Source: Ostrea edulis
Lineage: Eukaryota
Direction of reading: 5' to 3'
NCBI RefSeq assembly: GCF_947568905.1
Contig: NC_079172.1
Location: forward strand, 31,372,001 to 31,436,000
DNA length: 64,000 nt
Position 1 is the stretch's first letter, and each line of letters starts with the position of its first letter. Below, one piece after another: positions 52,401 to 63,366 of this stretch. The translations under genes were made by a program, and so were the position numbers. The notes beneath the pieces are model-generated. The model had not been told where the DNA came from. It ran no database searches and was given only the letters and a program-made list of their open reading frames with translations.

Positions 52401-52778
52401 CGGTATATCACATGTTATTCACGAGAACATTATTTATGCATAATTCCACGAGACCAGCTATTCGTAAAAATTCAGTTCTCATGAATACACTCTTACACAT
52501 AAAAGACTTAAAGCAATAAATAACGATTAGCGAAAGTTATGTCGTGTGAATAAAAACAGTATCATATCCACGAAAAAATAAGGTCTACCGNNNNNNNNNN
52601 NNNNNNNNNNNNNNNNNNNNNNNNNNNNNNNNNNNNNNNNNNNNNNNNNNNNNNNNNNNNNNNNNNNNNNNNNNNNNNNNNNNNNNNNNNNNNNNNNNNN
52701 NNNNNNNNNNNNNNNNNNNNAAAGCGCTAAAGCTTTACGGAGGATTTCTGTGTTTTCTTTTCATATTTTTTAAATTTT

Positions 52779-52832
<54 letters not shown>

Positions 52833-55800
52833 ATATTGCATGATGGATTATGGTGGACAACCACCAATTTCTATAGGTCAACCCGAGTGACTCAGGTGAC
52901 CTAAAAATATTATGCTAATAGATTTACATTAGCTAAGTCACCATCAGACAGAACAAATGATTTTCTTCCTTCATCGAATAAACTAAATGAGAAATTTTGC
53001 AATTACATTACATACAATGGACATAAAAGCTGAGTGAAAACTGACTTCAATAAGAAAACATGAAAATAACCCGAGAGCAAATTCACAGCTGTATACGCTG
53101 TATGAAACGGGGAAACAAGAAAAGCCACTGCAGGAATGAGCGATAAGGGTCACTTACTTGTCCTACAGTGGTCGGACAAGTGGCCTAGAGAGAAAAAAAT
53201 CATCATCACTCTGTAAAACTGCATACAGACTCCCATTCTTATAAAGCAAACCATTAAACTAGTGTTATTCTTCACTCATCAATTCAAGTTCAGGTTTTCA
53301 GGTCCAATCTGAGATAAATCTTCTGATTCTAAACCCCATGAGCATTCAGTGACCTTTATAATACCCCCCCCCCCCCTTTGCATTCCGTGACCTTTAACCC
53401 CACCCTGACCCCATATCATCACTCTGAAGAGAGTCCACTTTGGGTCCTAGAGAACCCAGCACATGCAATGGGACTCCATCTCCACCAGTCATTAAGGGTG
53501 ACACGGGGGTCATGAATACCTGATTGACACTTGATCAGTGATTGAGTGGATAAAAGCCTGGTTGGAGAGGCAGGAAGCTACTCCAATTTATCAGTCCATT
53601 ACAGAATTAATGCGGCTGGCACACAGATGTAATGGTCCATCCACTGGCCCTGGCTTATCTTAGATACAATCAGGATGGGGGATTAACTAAGTTTACCACT
53701 CACTGCAAAAGCCAGATTAAGTATTGATATTTGTCCCTTTGGTTTGAGGGAAGTTATTAAAATGGCTTCTTTTCTTTCAAACACTAAAAGAAGCAAACCC
53801 AGCTAACAAGTCCAATGACTACAACATCAGTTTATACACTTCACAAACAAGAAAATCATCTTGTCTGCCAGACCAACAATTAGAAGCACAGATAGATCAC
53901 AAAGCATAAAGAATATTTGGGGAAACCATTCAGCTAGTATTATTAGGAACTACATGGTTATTTTCCAAAGTTGGCTTCGCAATCAATAAAATATCAGAGT
54001 TTTGAATGCATCAGTTTTACTGGCGCGAGTATTAACAAGGCAGTCCCGCTCTCTGAGGAATATGATATAATTTGTGGTTCTGAAGTATCCTAATGAGATC
54101 CCACTGGGACATTAAAGCAGAATGAAGACTCAATGATAAAATGACAGACGAAAAAAAAAATTAAAAGAATGAAATATCAATACGTGCTGAATAGCTCTAA
54201 CTAACCTGTGGGTAATTACGGTTTGATGGAGATAGATGTGTTGTAATTTACGCTAGGAGGAGTGGATTTCATGCACAAAAACAAGTTTTACAATTAAATG
54301 TGAAGCTTCATTGATAAAACTTTGATCTCTTAAAGTTCTGAATCTCTTAAAAGTGAAATCCTGGTCTCGATTTTTATTTCCTCTATATAACTCATTAAAG
54401 TTACTCTTGGTAACCTAACTGGTCATTATAAATGTTAATTAAGTAATTAAGATGATTAAATTTACCACGGAATAAAATACGAAATATAGACAATAATGTT
54501 GAGACTGTGATTGTAAGATATGACTATACGATGATAATTTCCAGAAAATAATAAAGAGAAGAGTGATTTTCAGCTCTCATGATATAAGAATTGAACCTAA
54601 TTATATTACAATATCAGAATGACAAGTATCTCTCAACAACTCCTTACAAAAGACCTGGCCTGAAGGTAAAACTTTTAAAGTATGTTTTCATGCTCAAACT
54701 CAATACTCACCCCCCCCCCCCCCCCCCCCGATTCCTTTACTGAGAACACTCACCACATGGACAGTCTTTGGTCCACGTCTTTGAGGAACTGGCAGTGGAA
54801 GTCGCACAGTGGTCGGTAATGTACAAACAAGTTGGACAGGTAGTCTGGCAAACCATCCTCAAAATGAACAGCGTTCTGGAACCACTGAAAACAAAACTCT
54901 CTGTATCAGTAAAGAATAAAACAAAATTGGTTTGTGAAACACTGATGCCTCAATACAGCAGCCAAAGTAATTCTGGTGCCCATTGAAATTTCTTGTCACA
55001 AGAAATACACATGTGAAATATGAAAGCCTTGACACAAACCATTCAGAAGTTATGGCTAAGGGTAAAGTTTTTGCAGACAAACCAACAAACAGAGGCAGAC
55101 CAAAACTATATGCTCCCGAATCTCCAATTACGGGGGCAGAAAAAAACACACCCATACAGCAAGTACCATATCATTTCTTCAGTAGTACCTTGGGTGAAAG
55201 TAGACGACAAGATGTCCATCAAATCAACTGTCACAAGGTTTGTAAAAACTGTCACAAAGTCAGCACATTCCACTCAAATTGTCACAATGTCAGTACCAAC
55301 TGTCACAATGTCAGTACCAACTGTCACAATGTCAGTACAAACTGTCACAATGCCAGTACAAACTGTCACAATGTATCAGTACCAACTGTCACAATGTCAG
55401 TACCAACTGTCACAATGTCAGTACCAACTGTCAGAATGTGTCAGTACCAACTGTCAGAATGTCAATACAAACTGTCACAATGTCAATACAAACTGTCACA
55501 ATATCAATACAAACTGTCACAATGTCAGTACCAACTGTCACAATGTCAGTACAAACTGTCACAATGTCAATACAAACTGTCACAATGTCAATACAAACTG
55601 TCACAATATCAATACAAACTGTCACAAAGTCAGTACCAACTGTCACAATGTCAATACAGTCCCTGAAATGTTCTTCTTTCCCACTTGAACAATGAACACA
55701 TGGTGAGCGAATGGTGAATGCAATTTGGTGAACGGTGAGCGCACGGTGAGCGCAAAATGGTCTATTCATTTGGTATATTTTGGATTTTTCCCTTGGATTG

Positions 55801-58800
55801 TACTTACTTTATAATCTGGTAGAGAATATATATAAGAAAACATCTGCTTGGTCCTTTTTTTGTAAGTACTGGATGTATATTTCTCAAGAAAATGATCATA
55901 AATTTCACATCAATGCACGTAGCAATCATGCACAAAACAAAAGAAAATTTCATATGTACTTTGTTTACAGTTTTACATATACATGTATACATAGAAAATA
56001 GAAACATATATTTTATAATATTTAGAATTCTTGATGTTTTCATAAATCATGAATATTGGTGCGCCATCTCGGTATTCTACATGTAATTTTATATTTTGAC
56101 ATAAGATGCATAGAATTTAATTTCTTAATACAAGAGTATAAACGATGCATGTGAAATAAAGATAGTCTAGTAATTAGCGCCAAGAATTTACAAGTGTACA
56201 TGCATGACTTCAAAATTTACGAGCACGGTCGTTTGGATTACACGCAATTAAAAAACATCCCCGAAAGGAGTCAAGATAAATGCATTAAACAACCAACATG
56301 GGTAGAACAGGTACCTCGTGTTGACACCTGAACGCTTCTAAATAGTATAAAAAGGTTTATTCCATGTAGGTTTTGTGTAATTCACTTTACTTCAAATACA
56401 TGTATAGTATATGAACCTGATGAAATAATCCCATAATTAATGTACAAACGTACAAAATAAATAGCATGACCATGAATTCACATTTAGATTGTGCAATATT
56501 TGTATATTTTGATGCGGATAAAACTGTTTATTGTATTGAACTATACGTAGGGCAGAAATATACAAGAAATATATTTCATCTTTATATTAGAGACAAATGA
56601 TTCAAAGGTTTCAAATTTGGGGAAAGGAGTAAATACATTTATTGACAATGTCTCTCATAGATACAGGCATAAAATAATCAGAAATACTTGTCAAATCAAT
56701 TTGACATTTGGGCAGGAATGTGCATTGAAATGTACAGTGTAGCATCGTTTTTTGTTTTTTAAGTAATTGAAGGGGGGGGGGGGGGGGGCTTAAGAAAAAT
56801 AATAAACTTATATAGAACTCTTGTCAAGTGAGACAAAATAAAATATAATAAATTGTGCTTTTGCCCAAACTTGAAAATGTTAAAATGATTATTTGGGTGG
56901 GGGCAAGTTATTTATTAACTGAAACTGCCTCATTTTCGTACACGTACCAGCACTCGTTGCTCGTTCTTCGCTACATGTACATATAAAAGGATTAAATTCA
57001 TAATTGAAAGCTCTTGCATTTTTCTCTCATTCAGAACTTTTCCCACTTTTTAACCAAACAATACTTGTGTTTTGTAATGATAACAATAATTTATTCTATT
57101 CTTTGATATTGATTAGTGATCTGCAGTTTTCCCTGAATTTTCGCAGTTGATAATCCTGATATTTGTACTTCAAAAATTAAATTTCTGATATAATAAGAAA
57201 GTTTACTTTCACTCTTATGCAAACGTTCTTTTTTCATTTTTGCCTTGCTATGAAAATTGATCCTTTGACTTTGGTGTTCTGAATGACAGTGAATGGTGAA
57301 CGCACGGTGGGTGCAAAATTGTAAATGGAGAGCGCACAGTGAATGCACGGAGAGCGAACAGTGAATGCACGGAGAGAAAACGATGAGCGCACAGTGAGCG
57401 AACGGAAAAATGGTAGAGTAAAACGTTTCAAGGACTGTACCAACTGTCACAATGTCAGTACATTCCACACAAACTATCATAATGTCAATACCAATGTCAC
57501 AATGTCAATACAAACTGTCACAATTTCAGTACCAACTGTCACAATGTCAGTACCAACTGTCACAATGTCAATACAAACTGTCACAATGTCAGTACAAACT
57601 GTCACAATGTCAGTACAAACTGTCACTATGTCAGTACCAACTGTCACAATGTCAGTACAAACTGTCACAATGTATCAGTACCAACTGTCACAATGTCAGT
57701 ACCAACTGTCACAATGTCAGTACATTCCACCCAAAATGTCACAATGTCAGTACCAACTGTCACAATGTCAGTACCAACTGTCAGAATATGTCAGTACCAA
57801 CTGTCACAATGTTAGTACCAACTGTCACAATGTCAGTACATTCCACCCAAAATGTCACAATGTTAGTACCAACTGTCACAATGTCAATACAAACTGTCAC
57901 AATGTCAGTACCAACTGTCACAATGTCAATACAAACTGTCACAATGTCAGTACAAACTGTTACAATGTCAGTACAAACTGTCACAATGTATCAGTACAAA
58001 CTGTCACAATGTATCAGTACCAACTGTCACAATGTATCAGTACCAACTGTCACAATGTATCAGTACCAACTGTCACAATGTCAGTACATTCCACCCAAAA
58101 TGTCACAATGTTAGTACCAACTGTCACAATGTCAGTACAAACTGTCACAATGTTAGTACCAACTGTCACAATGTCAGTACATTCCACCCAAAAAGTCACA
58201 ATGTCAACACCCACTGTCACAATATCGGTACCAACTGTTACATTGTCAGTACCAACAGTCATAATGTACCAGTACCAACTATCACAAAGTCAGTATTAAC
58301 TGTCATAATGTCAACACCAACTGTCACAATGCAGTACAAACTGTCACAATGTCAGTATAAACTGTCACAATGTCAGTACATTCCATTCATATTGTTACTG
58401 AGTCAGTACATTCCACATTTCCCCTTGCCCCTGATGCATTACATATCATAGATTTTAAGTACAGATAAGATATGCTACAGTCAAAATATCAAGCATGGAA
58501 TAAATGTGTAACTTGTTTATTTGTATGATTAGCTTTTTCCATGAAGTAAAATACATTAAATTTGGATAGGTTGATTGCTGACATGACATTAGTAATTGCA
58601 AATATGAGTGCTTTACCATGGTGATGACTTCAAGGTCCTTCTTGTATGTCCTCTCTGTCATCAGCAGCTCCTTGGCAATGTAGTAAGCCCTGTCCACCAG
58701 GTGTCTCTGTAAATAACAAACAAAAAAATCAAAGTACTGAAAGTACTGAAACAAGGTGTTTCTGTAAATAGAGAATATAAAAATAAGCCCTGTCCACCAG

Positions 58801-60091
58801 GTGTCTCTGTAAATATGAACATAAATATGAATGTAGAATTTATGTCCTCTACACATCAAAATGTCAAAAACAGTTTACAATGAAAACAAGATGTGCTTGT
58901 TAAACACTGCTGCCCCTGTATGTTAGCAAAATAATTCTGCTACAAAAAGAAAGGACTTGTCACAATGAATACACGTGTGAAATATGTATGCCCTATCACA
59001 ACCCAATCAAATGTTATAGCCAAGGTTAAAATTTTTACAGACAGAAAGACTGACGGACCCAAAACTATATGCCCTTCAATCTCTGATTATGGGGGCATAA
59101 ATATAAGCAGCCATTAATTGTAGATAAACAGTTTAATACACTGTATCTGTCTTGTTTTAGGGTGGGAAACGAAGATGATCAATTTCATAATATAGTTGCT
59201 TTATTGATCTCCCTGTCTACCCCCCCCCCCCCACCCCCCAAACAAGACAATGATTCCTCCCTTGTAGAAGATTAATTATGTACAGTGACTGATGTTGTAC
59301 CTTGTTTTTCTTCTTTGGATCCTCCTCTGAGTCGTCTGTCCTTGACGAGCTGAGAATACTAACATTTCCATGTATCCCATGATCCTCGATCACAGTTTGA
59401 CCAATCACAGAGTCTGTTGGGATTGACCTATGGTTCACAGGGGTTAGATGAAGGCCACTTTCATTGAGTGGGGGAGGAGGGGGAGGAGGGGGGTAGTCCT
59501 CATCTTCGTCCTCCTGGTAAACAATGGGTGTCTCCACTGGGGCGGGTGACACTCTGTCGAGATCACTACTGCTTCTGTAAATATAATACACATGTAGCAC
59601 AAACTAGTATGTTGAGAAAAACTGAGAGTACCTCGTCTTTCTAATCAGTAACTGAAGGAATGCTTGTAAAGATAACAAACTTCAGAAAATTATAAATTAG
59701 CAACATACACCACTGCTGAAAATTTAAAACAGTTTTCTCCCCACAAACTGAACGTTAATGAGACAATGTATACAAACATTGTCGAGTCTTTTTGTTTCAA
59801 GTGTTTAATTCTACTTCAATTCAGCCCCCATCCCCGTTGAATGATAATTTTCGTACCTCATCATGGGGGGCGGGAAGTCCTCAAGAACAGGCTCCTCCTG
59901 CACAGTCTCTGGAATGTTTTCGATTTCATCACTTCGGACAATGTGGTGGTCCTCTTCGTAGATCAGTCCCCTTGTGTCGTTGGTGCCAAGGACAGGGGCA
60001 GAGTACTTTCGGTCTCCAAAGGCTCCAAAACTTTGAAGAGGCCCTGGTGAGGTTTTAATGTGTGGGTAGCCTGGATAAGGTGGAGGTAAAT
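40059..60091 (-). CDS. FARP1/FARP2: FERM, RhoGEF and pleckstrin domain protein (FARP1/2, Cdep ortholog): linker-DH-PH-PH portion, 17 exons, 2036 nt
   Basis: All 17 exons are bounded by GT-AG and phases are consistent throughout. FARP-diagnostic peptides: AYYIAKELLMTERTYKKDLEVI, QKVCYLPLNSFLLKP, HRANTTMHVCWHRNTSVSM, NQLSGYLLRKFKNSNGWQKLWVVFTNFCLFF, FRAESEYTFERWMEVI. FERM exons are not in the window. Confidence 0.95.
40176..40355. repeat. 62-bp tandem repeat, 3 copies, beside the last FARP acceptor
   Basis: GAAACTAAA..TTAGATACAGA..TTAC...TTCACATTAAGTTATCTA at 40176, 40238, 40300. Confidence 0.85.
40499..41590 (-). mobile_element. HINE element (second family)
   Basis: AACAAGAGGCCCATGGGCC end; internal AAGTAGGTCA..TGACCTACTT repeats; AGCTCTT..AAGAGCT hairpin and A-run at the other end. 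Confidence 0.75.
41654..42797 (-). mobile_element. HINE with Cg170/HindIII-like repeats
   Basis: Same termini and internal repeats as 33865-34762. Confidence 0.85.
43755..43906 (-). CDS. FARP1/FARP2: FARP PH2 exon (DDFPLASLPLLGY...FRAESEYTFE)
   Basis: 152 nt, phase 0 to 2. Confidence 0.97.
44200..44522 (-). mobile_element. HINE-like fragment
   Basis: TATGTCTCCCC..GGGGAGACATA hairpin next to ACAGACAGACGG; degenerate copies also at about 47250-47480 and 48565-49210. Confidence 0.55.
44648..44755 (-). CDS. FARP1/FARP2: FARP PH2 exon (NQLSGYLLRKFKNSNGWQKLWVVFTNFCLFFFKTYQ)
   Basis: 108 nt, phase 0 to 0. Confidence 0.97.
45374..45519 (-). CDS. FARP1/FARP2: FARP inter-PH exon (...QHRANTTMHVCWHRNTSVSMRDHERAIK)
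   Basis: 146 nt, phase 1 to 0. Confidence 0.95.
45618..45778. other. Assembly gap
   Basis: Run of N. Confidence 1.
45800..46372 (+). mobile_element. 5'-truncated Penelope-like retroelement (GIY-YIG endonuclease end plus pLTR)
   Basis: ORF 45862-46155: VIYAITCPGCKEYYIGETG..RVRVH..RREKEKHFI..LKPKLN (GIY-YIG). An inverted copy of the 3' tail lies at 45800-45842, and a second tail copy at 52721-52775. Confidence 0.85.
46293..46333 (+). ncRNA. Minimal type-I hammerhead ribozyme motif (G12 missing, probably inactive)
   Basis: Stem I GTAAAGCTT/AAGCTTTAC (9 bp), core CTGAAGA, short stem II, AAA, palindromic stem III AGCGCT, predicted CUA cleavage after 46324. Confidence 0.65.
46658..46975. mobile_element. 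Kolobok-like non-autonomous element containing a tRNA-like Pol III unit
   Basis: TTAA at 46654-46657 and 46976-46979; imperfect GG-starting TIRs; internal A box TAGCTCAGTAGG, B box GGTTCGAGTCC and T-run (46761-46843). Confidence 0.65.
47505..47614 (-). CDS. FARP1/FARP2: FARP PH1 C-terminal helix exon (SQEEKDKWIEDLNVAIMQAK...)
   Basis: 110 nt, phase 2 to 1. Confidence 0.93.
47725..47810 (-). CDS. FARP1/FARP2: FARP PH1 exon (VEESDHAKMAVANSFAIYGGNKCILVAA)
   Basis: 86 nt, phase 0 to 2. Confidence 0.92.
48145..48234 (-). CDS. FARP1/FARP2: FARP PH1 exon (FSDFLVYTSRVASSVLQFKVHGQLPLRGMI)
   Basis: 90 nt, phase 0 to 0. Confidence 0.95.
48327..48395 (-). CDS. FARP1/FARP2: FARP PH1 exon (TFIREGCLQKFSRKGYQQRMFFL)
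   Basis: 69 nt, phase 0 to 0. Confidence 0.95.
49619..49690 (-). CDS. FARP1/FARP2: FARP DH-PH junction exon (ENLHKLIELQRDLVGIDTLVHRDR)
   Basis: 72 nt, phase 0 to 0. Confidence 0.93.
49778..49836 (-). CDS. FARP1/FARP2: FARP DH exon (NALGQVTALVSEFGDSIRSQ)
   Basis: 59 nt, phase 1 to 0. Confidence 0.88.
50772..50822 (-). CDS. FARP1/FARP2: FARP DH exon (RLTKHYAVDHPDFSNCQ)
   Basis: 51 nt, phase 1 to 1; |GTAAGT donor. Confidence 0.92.
51618..51804 (-). CDS. FARP1/FARP2: FARP DH exon (LYRNYLQ...CYLPLNSFLLKPAQRILHYKLIME)
   Basis: 187 nt, phase 0 to 1; DH CR3 motif. Confidence 0.95.
52221..52305 (-). CDS. FARP1/FARP2: FARP DH exon (EGKSNAHLNGDYQQIGDIMMAMFPKVLP)
   Basis: 85 nt, phase 2 to 0; |GTAAGT donor. 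Confidence 0.92.
52401..52590. mobile_element. Probable Tc1/mariner-type MITE abutting a gap
   Basis: TA|CGGTA...TACCG ends with short imperfect TIRs. Confidence 0.4.
52591..52720. other. Assembly gap
   Basis: Run of N. Confidence 1.
54754..54884 (-). CDS. FARP1/FARP2: FARP DH exon (WFQNAVHFEDGLPDYL...DQRLSM-W)
   Basis: TTTTCAG| acceptor, |GTGAGT donor; 131 nt, phase 0 to 2. Confidence 0.92.
55225..55660. repeat. 21-bp minisatellite, block 1
   Basis: Unit TGTCACAATGTCAGTACCAAC; stop-free in three frames, giving pseudo-ORFs. Confidence 0.95.
57435..58400. repeat. 21-bp minisatellite, block 2
   Basis: Same unit and orientation as block 1, with interspersed ...ACATTCCACCCAAAA variants. Confidence 0.95.
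58617..58706 (-). CDS. FARP1/FARP2: FARP DH exon (RHLVDRAYYIAKELLMTERTYKKDLEVITM)
   Basis: 90 nt, phase 0 to 0; DH CR1 motif. Confidence 0.95.
59301..59574 (-). CDS. FARP1/FARP2: FARP linker exon (SSSDLDRVSP...PPPPPPPP...KKKNK)
   Basis: TTTACAG| acceptor, |GTACAA donor; 274 nt, phase 2 to 0. Confidence 0.85.
59857..60091 (-). CDS. FARP1/FARP2: FARP linker exon (DLPPPYPGY...FPPPMMR)
   Basis: TATATAG| acceptor, |GTACGA donor; 235 nt, phase 1 to 2. Confidence 0.8.
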
Positions 60092-62609
60092 CTATATAAA
60101 GAAAAAAAATATAAATCTGAATTTCATTAAGCAAGGAATCAAATATGAGCTAACACTTTGTAATATTTGAAGATGTGATGCTATCAACCTCCCTCCCCCT
60201 TAATTCAATTTGTGAGGAATATATCTCAATTCAAATATAAATTCTTCCACTATATACAAAACTTGCTTGCACCTCTTATAATGAAGTCAGATTCCTGACA
60301 TTGAAGTAAAGAAGTGAAGAAACATGTACAGTATACAGGGAGGATCAGAGTTATTGTGAAGCTCACATTTATTAACGTTGTTCTCAGATCATCCATACGC
60401 TGTAAAGCATTCCCAGCTTAATCACCGAGAAAAAAGGACAGGATGTCACAAAATGTCAAGATCAGGAACACAAGATTCAGAAAGAAAAAAAAATTCAATA
60501 CTTAATTAAGTTTTCTTCATTTATACATTAATTCAGATATTAATTGAAAATTTCTAATTTTTAACATCTATTTCAAATTTTTTCCCAAAATCAAAAGACC
60601 AAGAAGGCAGCTTTGAAAACTGTTGCGAAAAGCAGTGAAAAGTGATAGCCCCTAAGGGTGTGCTAGGATAATTCGATTTTACTCTACACAATAGCTGAAG
60701 CTTTCTCTTATGACTCCACACATTTCCATTACAAAGAGAGTCCATGGCAACTGCATCATTCCACAATGCTATCATTTCTTGGAATCTCCCACAACATTTC
60801 CTAAGATTCGCATATTTCATGACAAGAGTAGAAAATAAGCAGTCCGAAGGACGTATCTGTCTGTGTTTGTTCCAGAAGACAGTGACAGTATGTTTCCTTT
60901 TACGACCTGGTGAGACCATTTAAATGTCCAATGTATAATTTGAAATGTCCAGTGTATTAGAAATGTCCAGTGTTTTAGGAATGTCCAATGTATTAGATTC
61001 AGATCATCATAAAACTCTAATAGGTGAACACTAATTTACGTAGAGTAGGCACACTTTGATTTTGAAAGGAATGGTTAGTTTATCAATTTGTAGTAAAGTT
61101 ATATAAACTTAAGGACACTAGCTACAATCAAATCAAACTTCTCTGTTTTCAAATATTTCTGTACAAAATGTGAATAAATATGCAGATCATGTCAAAATAG
61201 CAATTAACATCACAAACTACATTAAGTCAAGTTAATCATATTATTAGTGTGTTTTCTGAGTTTTTCTGGATAGAGCCACTCTGTAATTTCTTGAACTCTT
61301 TTCACACATTGAAAAATTGTTCTAGGTGCATCATGTTGGTAAATAAGTGTCAGTAAATACTCTACAGTAAGGAAGCTGTCAAATACATTCCAATTTTGTT
61401 AAAAACAGTACAAATGCAAAGATTGAAATTTGAGATCTTCAAAAGGAGGTAGAAAAATTTGTTTCTAGCAAATCTGTTCGGGAACATAATAATGAAATGG
61501 TGTGTCAGAGAGTGAGTGCATATAATCACATACACATGAAATGTATCTGACCTTAACTAGTGTCACGTTTATAAATATACACAGTTGAAAGTCGGAGGGG
61601 GAGGGGTGGGGGCGTGTACTCCCAATATCTCATGGTATTCTGGCTCTATGACCACAAACTGAACAAGATTTTGTATATATATCAATGGATTGTTAAAAAT
61701 CACACAAATACTTTATTGAGATTATGAATCGAATTAAAGATGTAATTTCAAAATGAATTTTATTGACTACATATGAATATTTCATTAAATATTTAGATGC
61801 TATAGACCAGCATGATGCCATTTCAATCTATTTTGTTGTTGTAATTTTCAGTAAACCACAGAGCAACACAGTCACAAGTATGATACATGTAATTAAAATC
61901 AATGTCTATATATATAGTCAAAGTCCTCACAAAAACTCACTAATCAGAATCGACTGAAACAATAAAATTTCAAATGTGAAACGTACATTTAACAAATTAA
62001 CAAGTTTCATCAAACACTAAGATCCCCTGCAATTATTCATTAAGTGCATGTCCCCACTATTGTTTGTTAAGCTGAACAAATAGATTGTAATGGATTCTAT
62101 GTTCTGCACTCTGACAGATAGTACGCATGAAGTGGTCATCAACAGCGATGGCCAGGCAGCATCAATACTCCGCCAGATTAATGATTGGTCCACTTCCAAC
62201 TCAAGCCAAACAGGCCATTTATAGGAGGACCAGTGAGGTTTTTCTCCTTCATCACGACTATTTCCTAGATATATTTACTCCGGTTAATTAATACTGAAAA
62301 GTCACAGATTTTTTCCCCTCCCCACAATATTCATAATTTAGTACGCATCAGACATGCAGTGTCTGTGATTAAGTGTAACCTCTTTTATCTATTATTGAAG
62401 AGACAAGTTAATGGGTGAATTCTATAGCACCACGTAATAGGTCACATACTGAGTAGAAACAACAACACAATGGGAATATTGGAAATCTGCCTGCAATTTA
62501 CTGAAAGTTGACATTCTGTTCTAACAAATTAATCCATTTACTAGAAGAAAATGTATTTTTTAAAAAGATTTTTTTCCCCATTAATTACTTATCACAACAC
62601 TGAAAGAAA

Positions 62610-62645
<36 letters not shown>

Positions 62646-63329
62646 AAACACATATAAATGAAATATCTAGAGTGATGAGACCTCAATAAGACATAAAGCA
62701 AATTACAGTCGTCTACAAATGACATCATATACTGTCAGCCAATCACACAGATCAATCTGGTACCTACCTTATAGTGCTATCTGACCAATCAAATTCTTGC
62801 AAGTGCATTCTGGGTAATTTTTAATATCCATGAAAATCCCTCCTTCCTGGCAGTGAACATTTCATGAACTGTCAATGGGATTCTTCCCCTGATTAGGTAT
62901 TCATCCTGACGCTCTACCATTTCTTTGTATGGAAGAGGTATATTAGAATTGTAAAACGGAGATTGCCAATTGCGAAACTCCAGGGATACTTAAGTGTTCT
63001 CTTTGAGTCCTTGTTGATATATCCATAGGCGAAGACAATTAATATATGATTAAACAGTACCCTTTTCTTGGACACAATATTCAATATCCTTTTTTTGCTT
63101 TTGGATCTTGTAAATACTCTCCAGGTATTTCTTATACATTCTCTGTTTGAATGCAATCTATGCCAACTCGGTCCCTTCTGTTTTGCAGCACAGCAGACAA
63201 TGCCATTGCTTTGAAAAGAGATCTTGTAAAACAGCACACAATCCGAGTCTCCCAGTGAATGTTATTATTTTGTAATCTCGATTTGCTAAACCAGTGGGTG
63301 GCTACATATCAGTCTGCAGATTTCCTCAC

Positions 63330-63366
63330 CATTACATCCTTTCAGTGTCTTCTGACAGCAAGCCAT
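63330..63366 (-). CDS. FARP1/FARP2: Candidate alternative first coding exon of FARP (MACCQKTLKGCN-)
   Basis: GTCATGG Kozak context, in-frame TAG 27 nt upstream, G|GTGAGG donor of phase 1 matching the phase-1 acceptor at 60091. Confidence 0.45.

Noticed and set aside
54983-58451. Cys/Gln/Thr repeat ORFs (CHNVSTN, TVTMSVP, LSQCQYQ)
   Set aside because: 21-bp minisatellite open in all three frames, with random frameshifts, inside a FARP intron.
60554-63237. Short ORFs upstream of the FARP exons (60554-60919, 62017-62199, 62914-63237)
   Set aside because: No FERM or other domain similarity, and no consistent splice phases.
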